DNA of 63,435 nucleotides, filler included, from 5 parts of 5 records of this genome joined end to end with filler, not necessarily neighbours in it; one strand, 5' to 3'; shown: positions 1 to 9,316, numbered from the whole stretch's first letter. Made by a program: numbers and translations. The notes: generated from the sequence alone by a model not told the origin.

Positions 1-29
1 TACATGGGTCAGTTTGGCAAGAATTTCCA
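1..29. mobile_element. Terminal inverted repeat of a probable IS21-family element (contig starts inside the IS)
   Basis: Minus strand reads TGGAAATTCTTGCCAAACTGACCCA, resembling IS21-type TG...AAACTGACC ends. It starts exactly where the ATPase frame departs from the expected FDDLG motif. Confidence 0.55.
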
Positions 30-465
30 CTAGATCATCAAAACAATAAAATCGGTGATCTCCATATTGTTCAATTATTCGGTACCCGATATTGTTAAAT
101 CCAAAAACGATATTTCGAGAAGGAATAAGCTCATACGGCTTTTGATGGGGTACTAAATAACGCATCAGTTTCATCAAACTGGTTTTTCCACACCCTACAG
201 GCCCGGATAGTAAAAGCCCTTTCCCGAGATCAATTCCTAATTTCTTACAAGAAGCTTCATCTTTGATGTAATACACAAAAAGCTTGTACAAAATACTGTG
301 ATCTTCTTTGTAAATCTGAAACTTCTTTCCAAATAAAAGTTTTCCTTTGGCATCAAGGTATATCAGCATTTTTTTAAAATCATACAAAACAAGTCCCCCA
401 CGAAATTCACCCAGATGAAATTCAACACCTCCCTCCTTTATGATATGTGGTTGATATTTTCTCAC
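30..465 (-). pseudogene. P-loop ATPase (IstB/DnaC-like, Bacteroidota ICE type), interrupted after Walker B
   Basis: Manual translation from GTG at 465 (GTGA overlap with the upstream stop) gives LLLSGPVGCGKTSLMKL (Walker A) and FYCFDDL (Walker B), then IS-like sequence. Absent from the ORF track because it runs off the contig. Confidence 0.8.
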
Positions 466-1004
466 AATGGCTCATTGTAATTTTTATCCGTACTAATCTT
501 TAGGTGATCCAAAAATTGGCCAACAGGCTGCTTGGTTTTATTTGTTGGCAATTTTTTAAATCTAGAATTTTCAATAAAATTATGTTTGCCCATGTTTTTA
601 TAGTTTTCTAAAGTTTGTATAGGTTTGTTAATAGATACCACGGCTGGTTCATTACCTGTCCCTGTATTGGTACGCCTAGGGTACATAACTTGTCTATCGG
701 TTGTCCCAAAAATGGTCATGCAAATCATACTCCCTTTAAATGGATTATGAGAGGGGTTGTATTGTAAATAGCCCCAATAATCTAGTTCTTTTATACACCG
801 ATGATAGGTAGTCTTGGATCCTATCTTTGAAAGTAGCATGACTTCCCCTCGTATTACATGAAAACTTCGCATAAAATGAGCGGCATTCCACAATTGGAAT
901 AAAGCCATATACAAACTAATATGTGTCGGGTTTAACCGATTATCTTCAGTGAACTTTTCATAGGTAGCATTAAGCTGTTTAATGTAATTTACTCCTGCTG
1001 CCAT
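462..1004 (-). CDS. ICE-associated wHTH / replication-organiser-like protein
   Basis: NYIKQL...RLNPTHISLYMALFQLWN...SKTTYHRCIKEL...YNPSHNPFKGS pattern typical of Bacteroidota ICE genes; coupled to the ATPase. Confidence 0.65.
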   Translation of the reverse strand: MAAGVNYIKQLNATYEKFTEDNRLNPTHISLYMALFQLWNAAHFMRSFHVIRGEVMLLSKIGSKTTYHRCIKELDYWGYLQYNPSHNPFKGSMICMTIFGTTDRQVMYPRRTNTGTGNEPAVVSINKPIQTLENYKNMGKHNFIENSRFKKLPTNKTKQPVGQFLDHLKISTDKNYNEPL

Positions 1005-1008
1005 ACGC

Positions 1009-1287
1009 TTAAAATCCGTTTCTTATTTTATTGTTTTCCAATACCTGCATAATTTCCTTGTAATCATAATACAACACCCCTCCTATTTTGGTATACGGCA
1101 GTGTCCCATTGATTCGTAAATTTTGTAGTGTCCCTGGTGAAATTCCCAACAGTTCGCGCACTTCATTGGATTTGAGCCACTTTTTAGAAGGCGTTCCGTT
1201 TTGTTCCTGTAATACTTGTTTGATCGCATCCAACAGTTCCAATTTAAACTGATACAGATCTTCGGTAGTAATAATTGTTGCTCCCAT
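1009..1287 (-). CDS. Helix-turn-helix (excisionase-like, HTH_17) protein
   Basis: IITTEDL...KKWLKSNEVRELLGISPGTLQNLRINGTLPYTKIGG; likely start is the ATG at 1287 (MGATIIT), not 1320. Confidence 0.85.
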   Translation of the reverse strand: MGATIITTEDLYQFKLELLDAIKQVLQEQNGTPSKKWLKSNEVRELLGISPGTLQNLRINGTLPYTKIGGVLYYDYKEIMQVLENNKIRNGF

Positions 1288-1307
1288 AAAATTTGTGTTT
1301 GTTAAAA

Positions 1308-1355
1308 ACAAAGCCGCCATTTGAAAACGTATTTATAAACCAATGACGACTTTGT
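1308..1355 (-). promoter_or_regulatory. Leader hairpin followed by U-tract upstream of the excisionase gene
   Basis: Minus strand ACAAAGTCGTCATT...AATGGCGGCTTTGT pairs fully with two G-U wobbles, followed by TTTT about 20 nt before the ATG. Confidence 0.45.
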
Positions 1356-1415
1356 CATGATTTGACTTTCATGATACAAATTTGGATGGAGTCTATGAGA
1401 ATCTTTCGGTATAGG

Positions 1416-1564
1416 TTCGTAGTTACGAATACATTTTAACACTTTTTATTTGGGGTACTTTTGGTTAATTTGACTTCCTTATTTACATTCATGTGCAAGA
1501 AATCCAATCCATTTTCATCTTTTTAATATGCTGAATAAGAAATCGTAGTGCCATCGTAGTTACG
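1416..1564. promoter_or_regulatory. Repeated palindromic motif TCGTAGTTACG (candidate operator)
   Basis: Copies at 1417-1427 (within TTCGTA-GT-TACGAA) and 1554-1564, plus a partial TCGTAGT at 1543, between rteC and the excisionase gene. Confidence 0.45.
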
Positions 1565-1632
1565 TACCAATTTTCTATAAAACACCAATATAGTATCCCT
1601 AAAAAATACCATTTTCACTAAATTGACATACA

Positions 1633-2475
1633 TTATAAAGCGTCGTCTTCTTGCATTTTTTCTTGTAAATCGGTCACCAACTCTTGTAGAAAACGTGCCC
1701 GATTTCCTTTGCGAGCCTTCATCTCTGCATAGGTTTTATAAAAATTACCCAAGTTGATATGAAATACTTTCTCAAAAATAACAGCGATACTTTTTAAGTC
1801 CTCTTTACCGTGATTAATAGCACCATTGGAATACAGCGCATAAGCTAATTCTATAAGGGCTGTTTTAGAGGCCGTCCACTTTAGTGTTTTCCCTTGAACT
1901 TCCTGTAAATGGGTATGGTTTGCTTGCAACTTTAAGTGCTGGCATTCAACTTCTATAAACCTAGCATACAATTGCGTGGTTTTAATGCGTGTCCATAACA
2001 TATCATATGGGGTTGAAAAATCCCTATCCCAGTATCGGTTTTCTTTTAAATTAATATGGACTTTTTTCAACTTTCTTGTAAAATAGTATTCATCCATATC
2101 ACTACGATTCCGTTGCATATAATAAATCAGTTCTCGGTGTTTTGCGTAAAACTTATTGATTTTACGAAATTCTTTTTTCAAAAATTGTTGTTGCTCATCA
2201 ACATCGAGTTGTGGTAGTAGAAGTTGGTACGTTCGTACTTTATAGAGGTAATACAAATAAGATTCTGGAGGTGTTTTTTGCATTTTGAAAAAATGGATTT
2301 CTTCTATTTCATTTTGAAACCCATCCAAAAGCACCTTTCGTTTAAGGTGCTGTAGACATTGGTAACATAGTTCAACCCCCTCTTCTAATTGATCAAATGA
2401 GTTAAAGGATGCTAATTGTAATTGATCATATTTCTTTTGAAACCGTTCAACAATTTCTTGATACGTTTCCACCAT
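1633..2475 (-). CDS. rteC: RteC-domain regulator
   Basis: EEIHFFK..K.P N-terminal motif and LKWTASKTALIELAYAL...F...F.I.L...Y...K.RK....FL C-terminal RteC signature. Confidence 0.85.
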   Translation of the reverse strand: MVETYQEIVERFQKKYDQLQLASFNSFDQLEEGVELCYQCLQHLKRKVLLDGFQNEIEEIHFFKMQKTPPESYLYYLYKVRTYQLLLPQLDVDEQQQFLKKEFRKINKFYAKHRELIYYMQRNRSDMDEYYFTRKLKKVHINLKENRYWDRDFSTPYDMLWTRIKTTQLYARFIEVECQHLKLQANHTHLQEVQGKTLKWTASKTALIELAYALYSNGAINHGKEDLKSIAVIFEKVFHINLGNFYKTYAEMKARKGNRARFLQELVTDLQEKMQEDDAL

Positions 2476-2567
2476 TATCTTTTATTTAATAGTGATTTAT
2501 GGAAGTGTTTACCCTTTTTTACAGCGGTACGTTCCCGATTAATTTGCTTAGGTTAAAAACGGTATGG

Positions 2568-3368
2568 CTACATTCTTTTTATAAAAGCACTCGGTGACAT
2601 TCCTGTATACTTAGAAAAGAAAGCTGAAAAATGATGCACCGAACTAAATCCCATAGTAGTTGCAATTTCTTTGAGAGGCTTGTGTTTTTTAAAAAGGCTT
2701 TTGGATTCCAAAAGGATAGTATTCACAATGAAGTAGCGTGGAGACTTCCCACTTATTTGTTTAACGACTTTTGACAAATAATTGGTGCTTATAAATAACT
2801 TCCCTGCATAATATCCAATGCGATGCTCTTTGCCTTTATTTTCTTTTACTTCCATTAGAAATGCTAAAAATAACCGCGTTTGTCGTGAGGCTTTTTCATG
2901 GGGTTTTAGAGGCAGGTTTTCATACAATGCAAAAAACAGTAACTGCCAAGCTATGGAGAATGGTTCTTTATCCATTTCCAAAATAGATGATATTCTTTGC
3001 CTCCTATACCAAAGATACCCCAACAATCCCACTATAAGTTGCCCTTGTTGCTTGTTTAAAGAAATGACAACAAGACACTCTATCGTGCCATATAAAAACA
3101 ATAACGGAAATGATACTCCAAACCTTTTTAAGGAATCAAGATCACTGACAACTACATATGCCAACTGCACATGACCATGTATGTTAAGGGTAAGAAAATG
3201 AGGAGTTTCAACAAGTAGACACTGTCCCCTTTTTAGGATTTGCAGATCCTTATTAATATGCACTGTTAGTTGACCTGCATGCGCCAAACATAACAAATAA
3301 CAGTTGTTATATTGCTTTGTAAATGCTACGTCTCCTTGGAATTGGATTATAAAAAAATCCATAGCCAT
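2568..3368 (-). CDS. AraC-family transcriptional regulator
   Basis: C-terminal YYAGKLFISTNYLSKVVKQISGKSP...EIATTMGFSSVHHFSAFFSKYTGMSPSAF. Confidence 0.85.
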   Translation of the reverse strand: MAMDFFIIQFQGDVAFTKQYNNCYLLCLAHAGQLTVHINKDLQILKRGQCLLVETPHFLTLNIHGHVQLAYVVVSDLDSLKRFGVSFPLLFLYGTIECLVVISLNKQQGQLIVGLLGYLWYRRQRISSILEMDKEPFSIAWQLLFFALYENLPLKPHEKASRQTRLFLAFLMEVKENKGKEHRIGYYAGKLFISTNYLSKVVKQISGKSPRYFIVNTILLESKSLFKKHKPLKEIATTMGFSSVHHFSAFFSKYTGMSPSAFIKRM

Positions 3369-3417
3369 TATTAAATGTGGGGTTTACCTCCATCTGCTGT
3401 AATAGGTATATTATACA

Positions 3418-3454
3418 AAGGGTTAAAACAGTATTCATAACTGCTTTAACCCTT
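3418..3454 (-). terminator. Probable intrinsic terminator after the lipoprotein gene
   Basis: AAGGGTTAAAACAGT / ACTGCTTTAACCCTT inverted repeat just downstream of the stop at 3465. Confidence 0.5.
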
Positions 3455-3464
3455 GTTTATGTGA

Positions 3465-4163
3465 TCATTCGTTATCATTGGCTACACTTAGAATGAGTGC
3501 ATTGTGAATCCCTTGCGCATTGCTTTGCAAATCCCCTTCTAACCAATTGTATATGTGTCCAATGGAAATATTCCAATCCTCATCTTCCCGACCTCCACCA
3601 TCATCATCGTCATCATCTCCCTCACTCAGAACACTGGGGATTGATTCCTCTTTATTTAGCTCGGTTATAAACCATAAAGTCCCCAAGAGCACTCTTTTGT
3701 CCTCTGAAGTGAATAACGGATCTTTATCAATTTCACCCCTAAAACTATCATATAATTGGGGAAGTCCACTGAAATCTTCAGGTAGTAACAATGTTTCTGT
3801 CATTGCCCGCATACGATCTTTAGCTAATGTACTGAGTTGTGAATCATCTAGTATATCATCGAATCGAATCTCTGTCGAATCCCTTGAAACGGGACTAGGC
3901 AATTGCCAAAGATGCTCCCCAAATGTGTCTGTACAAAGTGCAGCTATCGCTTCATATTTTTGAGTAGCGACTAACGATCCTGTTTGTGCTCCTAATAACT
4001 CCTCCTGAAGCTGATTATAATAATAAGCCAATGAATCTGTTGCTCCAGATGTAGCAGTAACCAAATAGGGTGTTTTTAAGACTTCTTCTTCTATCTCTAC
4101 GGATTCCTTGCTACAAGAAACCAGTATCGTCATTAAAATGAAATAGGTTTTAATTGTTTTCAT
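3465..4163 (-). CDS. Hypothetical acidic lipoprotein
   Basis: MKTIKTYFILMTILVS-CSKES lipobox with a K/E-rich segment after the Cys; poly-Asp tract near the C-terminus. Confidence 0.7.
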   Translation of the reverse strand: MKTIKTYFILMTILVSCSKESVEIEEEVLKTPYLVTATSGATDSLAYYYNQLQEELLGAQTGSLVATQKYEAIAALCTDTFGEHLWQLPSPVSRDSTEIRFDDILDDSQLSTLAKDRMRAMTETLLLPEDFSGLPQLYDSFRGEIDKDPLFTSEDKRVLLGTLWFITELNKEESIPSVLSEGDDDDDDGGGREDEDWNISIGHIYNWLEGDLQSNAQGIHNALILSVANDNE

Positions 4164-4310
4164 GCTTTTTAGTTTTTGTAATACTGAAACTTCTATTCTT
4201 GTTCAGTTTACCCGGGTAAGCAGAATGACAGTCATGACAAGACTACCTGTTGTTTTTGAATTCCCCGTAAAACTAAAAGCTTGAAATAAGGCAAACAATC
4301 ACTTCTTATT

Positions 4311-4349
4311 TGATTTTCTGAAAACAAACTATGATTTTCAGAAAATCAT
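4311..4349. promoter_or_regulatory. AraC-type binding-site array between divergent genes
   Basis: TGATTTTCWGAAAA direct repeat at 4311 and 4332 (21-bp period); the second copy lies in the palindrome ATGATTTTC-A-GAAAATCAT. Confidence 0.5.
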
Positions 4350-4452
4350 ACGCCTACAAAAACCACCGAATTACTGATTTCCAAAGATTTATACTACTTT
4401 TAAGGTATTAAATACTTTTTACCACTTTACTATCATAGTATGATAAAATACT

Positions 4453-6159
4453 ATGGTCAAATCAACCGATACAATGAAATACTACTACTTAGTCTTCTTA
4501 TGCCTATTTCAATATTGGGGATTCTCCCAACAAAATAAACCGATAGCCCCTGTACCTTTAACGAACCACTCCTACGATATTCTCTTTGACAGTATCAAAA
4601 ATTCGGATCCTTTAAGTGCACAACAACGAGGTTATTTAAAAGTCTTTTTGGAAAAAGCTAAGCGTGAAAACAATACTGTAGAGATTGTTAATGCATATAA
4701 AAACTACCTCCATCACGGAACAAAGAATTTACAACTAGTCTATGCTGATAGTATGATTTTAACCGCTACCCTTGCCAAGGACACAACACTTATAGGAAGT
4801 AGTTACCTCACCAAAGGAATTGTCTATTATGGATTAAAACAACATGACAAGGCATTGGATTATTATTTAAAGGCTAATGAGCTATTAATCAATTCCTCAG
4901 ACACCTACCTGACGTACAAAACAAAATACCATCTCGGTATGGCTAAATATTTTCTAGGCTATTACCATGAAGCTGTTTCTTTATATCAAGAATGTCTGGC
5001 CTTTTTCAAAGACTCCTATCCTAGGCCGTATCTGAATACATTACATTCATTGGGGCTTTGTTACAATCAAATGAAAAATTACGCATCAGCTTCTGACATA
5101 AACACCCTCGGACTAAAGGAAGCAAAACGTATGGACATGCACGTAATGGATTCTTATTTTAAGCTCTCCGAAGGTATCAATCTATTTGATAAAGAAACCT
5201 ATATACCATCTCTCAAGCTTCTTAAAGCCTCCATTAACGATTCCATTATTCTTAAAGACAGTACCAATTTGAGTATTGCCTATTTTTTCATTGCCAAGAA
5301 TTATCTAGAGCAAAAACAATCAGACAATGCAATAGCATACCTTCTAAAGGTAGACCGTATCTATGAAGATACTGGATACCTCCGCCCTGACCTTAGGGAA
5401 ACCTTCGAATTATTAATTAATTATTACGACTCTAAAAACCAACCCAAAGAAAAGCTTTATTATATTGAAAGACTGTTGGAATTTGATGACTTGATCAATA
5501 CATACTATAGATACCTCTCCTATAAAATTCACAAGGAAAGTATCTACACTACTCAAAAATTACGGCAAGAAAAACAAAAAGCAGAGCGTCAACTTTTTAT
5601 AGAAAAACACGGTAAGAGGATCTTGTATTTTGCACTCATTTTAGTAAGTATTCTCCTCATTTTTATATTTAACCGTCACCTCTATCTAAAAAAATTATAC
5701 AAGAAGCGTTTTGAGCAATTAATGGCAACCAACCATAAACTTCCATTAAAAAAAACTTCAAAAGAACACCATAAAAAAACAGATTATCAATTAAACCTTG
5801 AAGTAGAAACTGATCTCTTACAGAAATTACACAACTTTGAAGATAAGAAGCGATACCTGGCTGACGATATTACGCTAGCCAAAGTAGCTGCTGATTTTGA
5901 TACCAATACCAGATACCTATCCCAACTAATTTTAAAACATCGAGAAATGCGGTTCAAGGAATATGTCAACAGCCTTAAAATAGCCCATCTGATTGATCTA
6001 TTAAAATCAAATACCCTCATCCGAAACTATAAATATGATGCCTTAGCCAAAGAAGTAGGATTCACAGGAAAACAAGGCTTTGTAGCAGCGTTTAAAGCAA
6101 ACACAGGCATTACACCAGCATTCTTTATTGAAAAATTAAGTACAAAAAGTACCCATTAA
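4453..6159 (+). CDS. Membrane-spanning TPR-AraC one-component regulator
   Basis: Signal peptide (MKYYYLVFLCLFQYWGFSQ, start probably 4474), TPR-like helices, TM segment ILYFALILVSILLIFIF, C-terminal AraC HTH (LAKEVGF...FKANTGITPAFF). Confidence 0.85.
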   Translation: MVKSTDTMKYYYLVFLCLFQYWGFSQQNKPIAPVPLTNHSYDILFDSIKNSDPLSAQQRGYLKVFLEKAKRENNTVEIVNAYKNYLHHGTKNLQLVYADSMILTATLAKDTTLIGSSYLTKGIVYYGLKQHDKALDYYLKANELLINSSDTYLTYKTKYHLGMAKYFLGYYHEAVSLYQECLAFFKDSYPRPYLNTLHSLGLCYNQMKNYASASDINTLGLKEAKRMDMHVMDSYFKLSEGINLFDKETYIPSLKLLKASINDSIILKDSTNLSIAYFFIAKNYLEQKQSDNAIAYLLKVDRIYEDTGYLRPDLRETFELLINYYDSKNQPKEKLYYIERLLEFDDLINTYYRYLSYKIHKESIYTTQKLRQEKQKAERQLFIEKHGKRILYFALILVSILLIFIFNRHLYLKKLYKKRFEQLMATNHKLPLKKTSKEHHKKTDYQLNLEVETDLLQKLHNFEDKKRYLADDITLAKVAADFDTNTRYLSQLILKHREMRFKEYVNSLKIAHLIDLLKSNTLIRNYKYDALAKEVGFTGKQGFVAAFKANTGITPAFFIEKLSTKSTH

Positions 6160-6239
6160 AAATTAAAGCCTGCTAAATGTACTTTATATAAATGTAGAAT
6201 ATTTAGTTCTTAAAATACACGTAAAAAAACAATACTACG

Positions 6240-6282
6240 AAAAAAATGGTCAGATAAGGAAACTAAATTTCCCTTCTGACCA
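6240..6282 (-). terminator. Intrinsic terminator between convergent genes
   Basis: TGGTCAGA...TCTGACCA stem with an A-run at 6240-6246 (U-tract on the minus strand). Confidence 0.55.
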
Positions 6283-6311
6283 AATTTACTCTTTCATCAA
6301 GTAAATACCTA

Positions 6312-7283
6312 TTAATGGGATGATTTTGTGTCCAGCTGATAATTTGCTAGAATATCCTCAGCCCCTGGGAAAGGAATATCATTTAATTCACACCAAGTTT
6401 CAACTTCTCCAGTTAATACTACTAGTTGTCTCTGAATATCTCTATTCGAAGGTCTTACTCCGTGGTGATGTCCTTTAAAATATACTTCCCAATCCGTTTT
6501 TACGGTTCCTTTGTATTCCTTACCCTCATAAACTTCATAAGTTAATCTAAATGAATAAGTATAACCTTTTTGCAAAGAAGACATAAGAGAAAGTCCTGAA
6601 GAAACTGATTCAGTCGAATCAATTCTATTTATAGTAGCAGGATTGATAAGTTCTGAAGCCACAGATGGTATAAGCTCTTGATTTTTTGAATTTGCATCTT
6701 TTAAAAGTTCAAAAATCTCTTTCGATCTTTTGATAAAATCTAAAAGTTCTTTATCATTAAAATCCATTTTCATCAATTGTTCCTTATACGCTTGTAAAAA
6801 AGTATTGAATGTTATTTTATCAACATCAACGCTAGATTTTACGGCAGTAAAAGTCATTGCATTTTCAATTGCAGTTGTAATTCCAGTCGCCTCTATTCTT
6901 CGCTGCCAGGCCATAATATCAAACCTTGTTATTGAAAGTCCATCTACTATTATATAGTAAGAATGCATTTCTGATTGTGTACCTTCTCCAGCACCTAAAA
7001 TAGCTTCTAAGCCTCCAGTTACTAGTTCTCCAATGCCGTCAACTATTCCTTCTGCATCGCCACCTATAAATTTTTTCACCGCCCCTGTAACAGTTTCAAC
7101 TAGGGTTCCAGCATTTTCAGATACATAAGCTCTTGTCTCTCCATGAAAAGCTAGTGTGTTAGTTATTGGAATTGTAGGATTTTCAGGTGTCCCAGTAGTT
7201 CTAAGCAATTGTTTTAAAGATTCTTTCTGCAAAGCATTTTTTTGCTCTGCTAATTCAAAAAGTAAATTAACTGCTAGCGTCAA
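6312..7283 (-). CDS. Hypothetical protein, probably 5'-truncated
   Basis: 323-aa ORF whose frame stays open upstream (STDKKKELTLAV) into the IS110 remnant, with no ATG at the junction. Confidence 0.65.
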   Translation of the reverse strand: MTLAVNLLFELAEQKNALQKESLKQLLRTTGTPENPTIPITNTLAFHGETRAYVSENAGTLVETVTGAVKKFIGGDAEGIVDGIGELVTGGLEAILGAGEGTQSEMHSYYIIVDGLSITRFDIMAWQRRIEATGITTAIENAMTFTAVKSSVDVDKITFNTFLQAYKEQLMKMDFNDKELLDFIKRSKEIFELLKDANSKNQELIPSVASELINPATINRIDSTESVSSGLSLMSSLQKGYTYSFRLTYEVYEGKEYKGTVKTDWEVYFKGHHHGVRPSNRDIQRQLVVLTGEVETWCELNDIPFPGAEDILANYQLDTKSSH

Positions 7284-7299
7284 TTCTTTTTTCTTGTCT

Positions 7300-7830
7300 G
7301 TTGAGGTTTTGAAATCTTTAAAAAGACAGTTAAAAAATATAGATAAAGAGCTTGTGAAGCTGGAAGCTACACTGTCTGAAAAAGTAAAATTAGAGTATCA
7401 AAAAGAAGCCACTTTATTAAAATCAATTCCAGGTATAGGAGAGAAAACTGCATTAATGTTGTTGGTGTTTACAAATGGTTTTAAGCAATTTAAATCGGCC
7501 AGTGATCTTTGTAGTTATGCAGGTATTACACCTACCACGAGAGAGTCTGGAACGAGTATAAAAGGTAGACCTAGAATCAGTAAAATGGGTAACCCTAAAC
7601 TTAGAAACTTACTATTCATGTGTAGTTTTAATGCATGTAAATATAATCGCGCATGTAAGGCGCTTTACGAGCTTATTGTTGCAAAAGGAAAGAGTAAAAA
7701 GTTAGCATTAATTGCCATGTGTAATAAACTACTTAAACAAGCTTTTGCTATTGTGAAAAATGGAATCCCTTATGATGAAAATTTTGTTTCAAGATTGAGG
7801 TAAAAACCAAAGGATTTTACCTCAGTTCTT
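7300..7830 (+). mobile_element. IS110-family element remnant (C-terminal half of transposase, stop at 7803, plus short right end)
   Basis: LLKSIPGIG, SYAGITPTTRESGTS, ISKMGNPKLRNLL, KKLALIAMCNKLL motifs; the N-terminal DEDD/RuvC domain is missing. Confidence 0.85.
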
Positions 7831-7831
7831 T

Positions 7832-7845
7832 GTTGTGCATAGTGC
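7832..7845 (+). repeat. attC-like core box (left), GTTGTGCATAGTGC
   Basis: Inverted match of 13/14 to 11211-11224; directly follows the IS110 right end. Confidence 0.55.
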
Positions 7846-7896
7846 TTTTCAAATTCAGCTTGGTTTTCCGATGTTTGTTATTTAGTTCTAATGTGT

Positions 7897-7983
7897 GCGT
7901 TGGCGAGACATACTCTTTTGCAATTTTTGGTGTAGTGTTGGATGATGCGAATTGCAAATGTGTATGGCTTTTTAGTGTTGGCT
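7897..7983. repeat. Structured non-coding element, copy A
   Basis: GCGTTGGC...CTCTTTTG-N34-CAAATGTG...GTTGGCT with stem TTTGCAATT/AATTGCAAA; same layout as copy B. Confidence 0.6.
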
Positions 7984-8002
7984 TGAAACAAACAAATTTC
8001 CA

Positions 8003-9316
8003 TTAATCCATTACAAACTTAAATCCTGCTGTAACAATATTAGAACTAAAAGATGTATCTCTATCGTACTGATAAAATTTTAAGTCAATACTTTTTAGAC
8101 CTAGTTTCCAAATATGTGCCTTTGCGAAAATATCTGTGTACGACACTCCAAAACCAATTTGGTTAGCAGAATATTCGGAAAGGTCATAATCAGAAGTATA
8201 AAAGTCATCGGTAGATAAAGTACTTTCATAAGGTCTAAAATAATCGGCTGCTGTTTGATTATAAAATCTGTAAGATGGATACAAAGTAAACTTATCAGTA
8301 ATTTTAATTGGCACTTCAATACTTGCAGTATGTGAAGATATTCCCCAATCATCAAAATAATAGCGATAGAATGTTCTTACTGTAAATGTTTCATTTAAAT
8401 ACCAATTTAAACGACCACCAACAGCTACTTTAAATCTTGAATCTGGTAAACGCTCAACTGCATCTGCAAGTTGAAAATTATCTATGAATGAATCTGCAAC
8501 ATCGCTAAAATAAACTCTTTGAAATGGTGTAGATAATAATCCATCTTGTTTTACAAAATCTAGTGCTAAAGAACCTTGCACATTTTTATGAAGAATTTGA
8601 GAGAAGCCAAATCCTAAAGAATAAGAATTACGACCTTCATCTTTAAATTCACTAAATCTAGGATTGTAATTTGTGTTTCCTGTAATTGTATTTTGAGTAA
8701 ACAAATTATCATTTAAACCATTGCCATTTTCTCCGAATGGTCTTAATTCGGTTGGGTAAATGGCGTTCCAAGTATCAATATAAACATTTGCATTTACACT
8801 TAATTCTGTATTCTTTTCATTAAATAATTTTGTGTAACTACCACCAACACCAGCTGAAAAATAATCGTATTCTGATGAAATAGATATTTTTGCAGACCAA
8901 ATATCATTTCTATCGTCAGAACTATGACTATAACTTCCTGTTAAATTTGCCCAAAGGTCGCTACTTGATGCGCCAGAAGATGCTTGAAATGGGTCTGCTG
9001 GCCCATCATCAAAAGGTCCAACGTTACTTGAAGATGCTGATGTGTAAGCAGAAACTCCAGCGTCAATGGTTAGAACATCATCATCATTTAAAGGTATTGA
9101 AACTACAAAGGTTCCTGTAACATCTGTTAATTCTTCAGTGCCTATTCCGCCACTTACCGCAGCATTATCTCCATCTTGCGAGTAGTAACTTGTTAGAAAA
9201 TCTACTTCTGTAGTTTCTAATACACGTTTTTTATAAACTTTTGTCGAGTCTTGTTCTGTTTGCGAATAAGATTTAACAAAAGCAAATACGCATAATATCA
9301 AAATAAATTTTTTCAA
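8003..9316 (-). CDS. DUF3570-type outer-membrane beta-barrel protein
   Basis: Probable TTG start at 9316 (KKFILILCVFAFVKSYSQ signal peptide); SYYSQDG, TSASS and SGAS motifs, ERLPDSRFK, YRYYFDDWGI; barrel-like C-terminus. Confidence 0.8.
   Translation of the reverse strand: MKKFILILCVFAFVKSYSQTEQDSTKVYKKRVLETTEVDFLTSYYSQDGDNAAVSGGIGTEELTDVTGTFVVSIPLNDDDVLTIDAGVSAYTSASSSNVGPFDDGPADPFQASSGASSSDLWANLTGSYSHSSDDRNDIWSAKISISSEYDYFSAGVGGSYTKLFNEKNTELSVNANVYIDTWNAIYPTELRPFGENGNGLNDNLFTQNTITGNTNYNPRFSEFKDEGRNSYSLGFGFSQILHKNVQGSLALDFVKQDGLLSTPFQRVYFSDVADSFIDNFQLADAVERLPDSRFKVAVGGRLNWYLNETFTVRTFYRYYFDDWGISSHTASIEVPIKITDKFTLYPSYRFYNQTAADYFRPYESTLSTDDFYTSDYDLSEYSANQIGFGVSYTDIFAKAHIWKLGLKSIDLKFYQYDRDTSFSSNIVTAGFKFVMD

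Larger units (their letters stand above)
30..6159. mobile_element. Fragment of a Bacteroidota ICE/conjugative-transposon regulatory and excision module
   Basis: Gene order AraC, rteC, HTH excisionase, replication-type protein, ATPase resembles CTn-like elements. No integrase or tra genes are in the window. Confidence 0.6.

Noticed and set aside
7156-7299. N-terminal part of the 215-aa IS110 ORF
   Set aside because: It is the antisense of the hypothetical gene; transposase-like sequence starts only near 7300.
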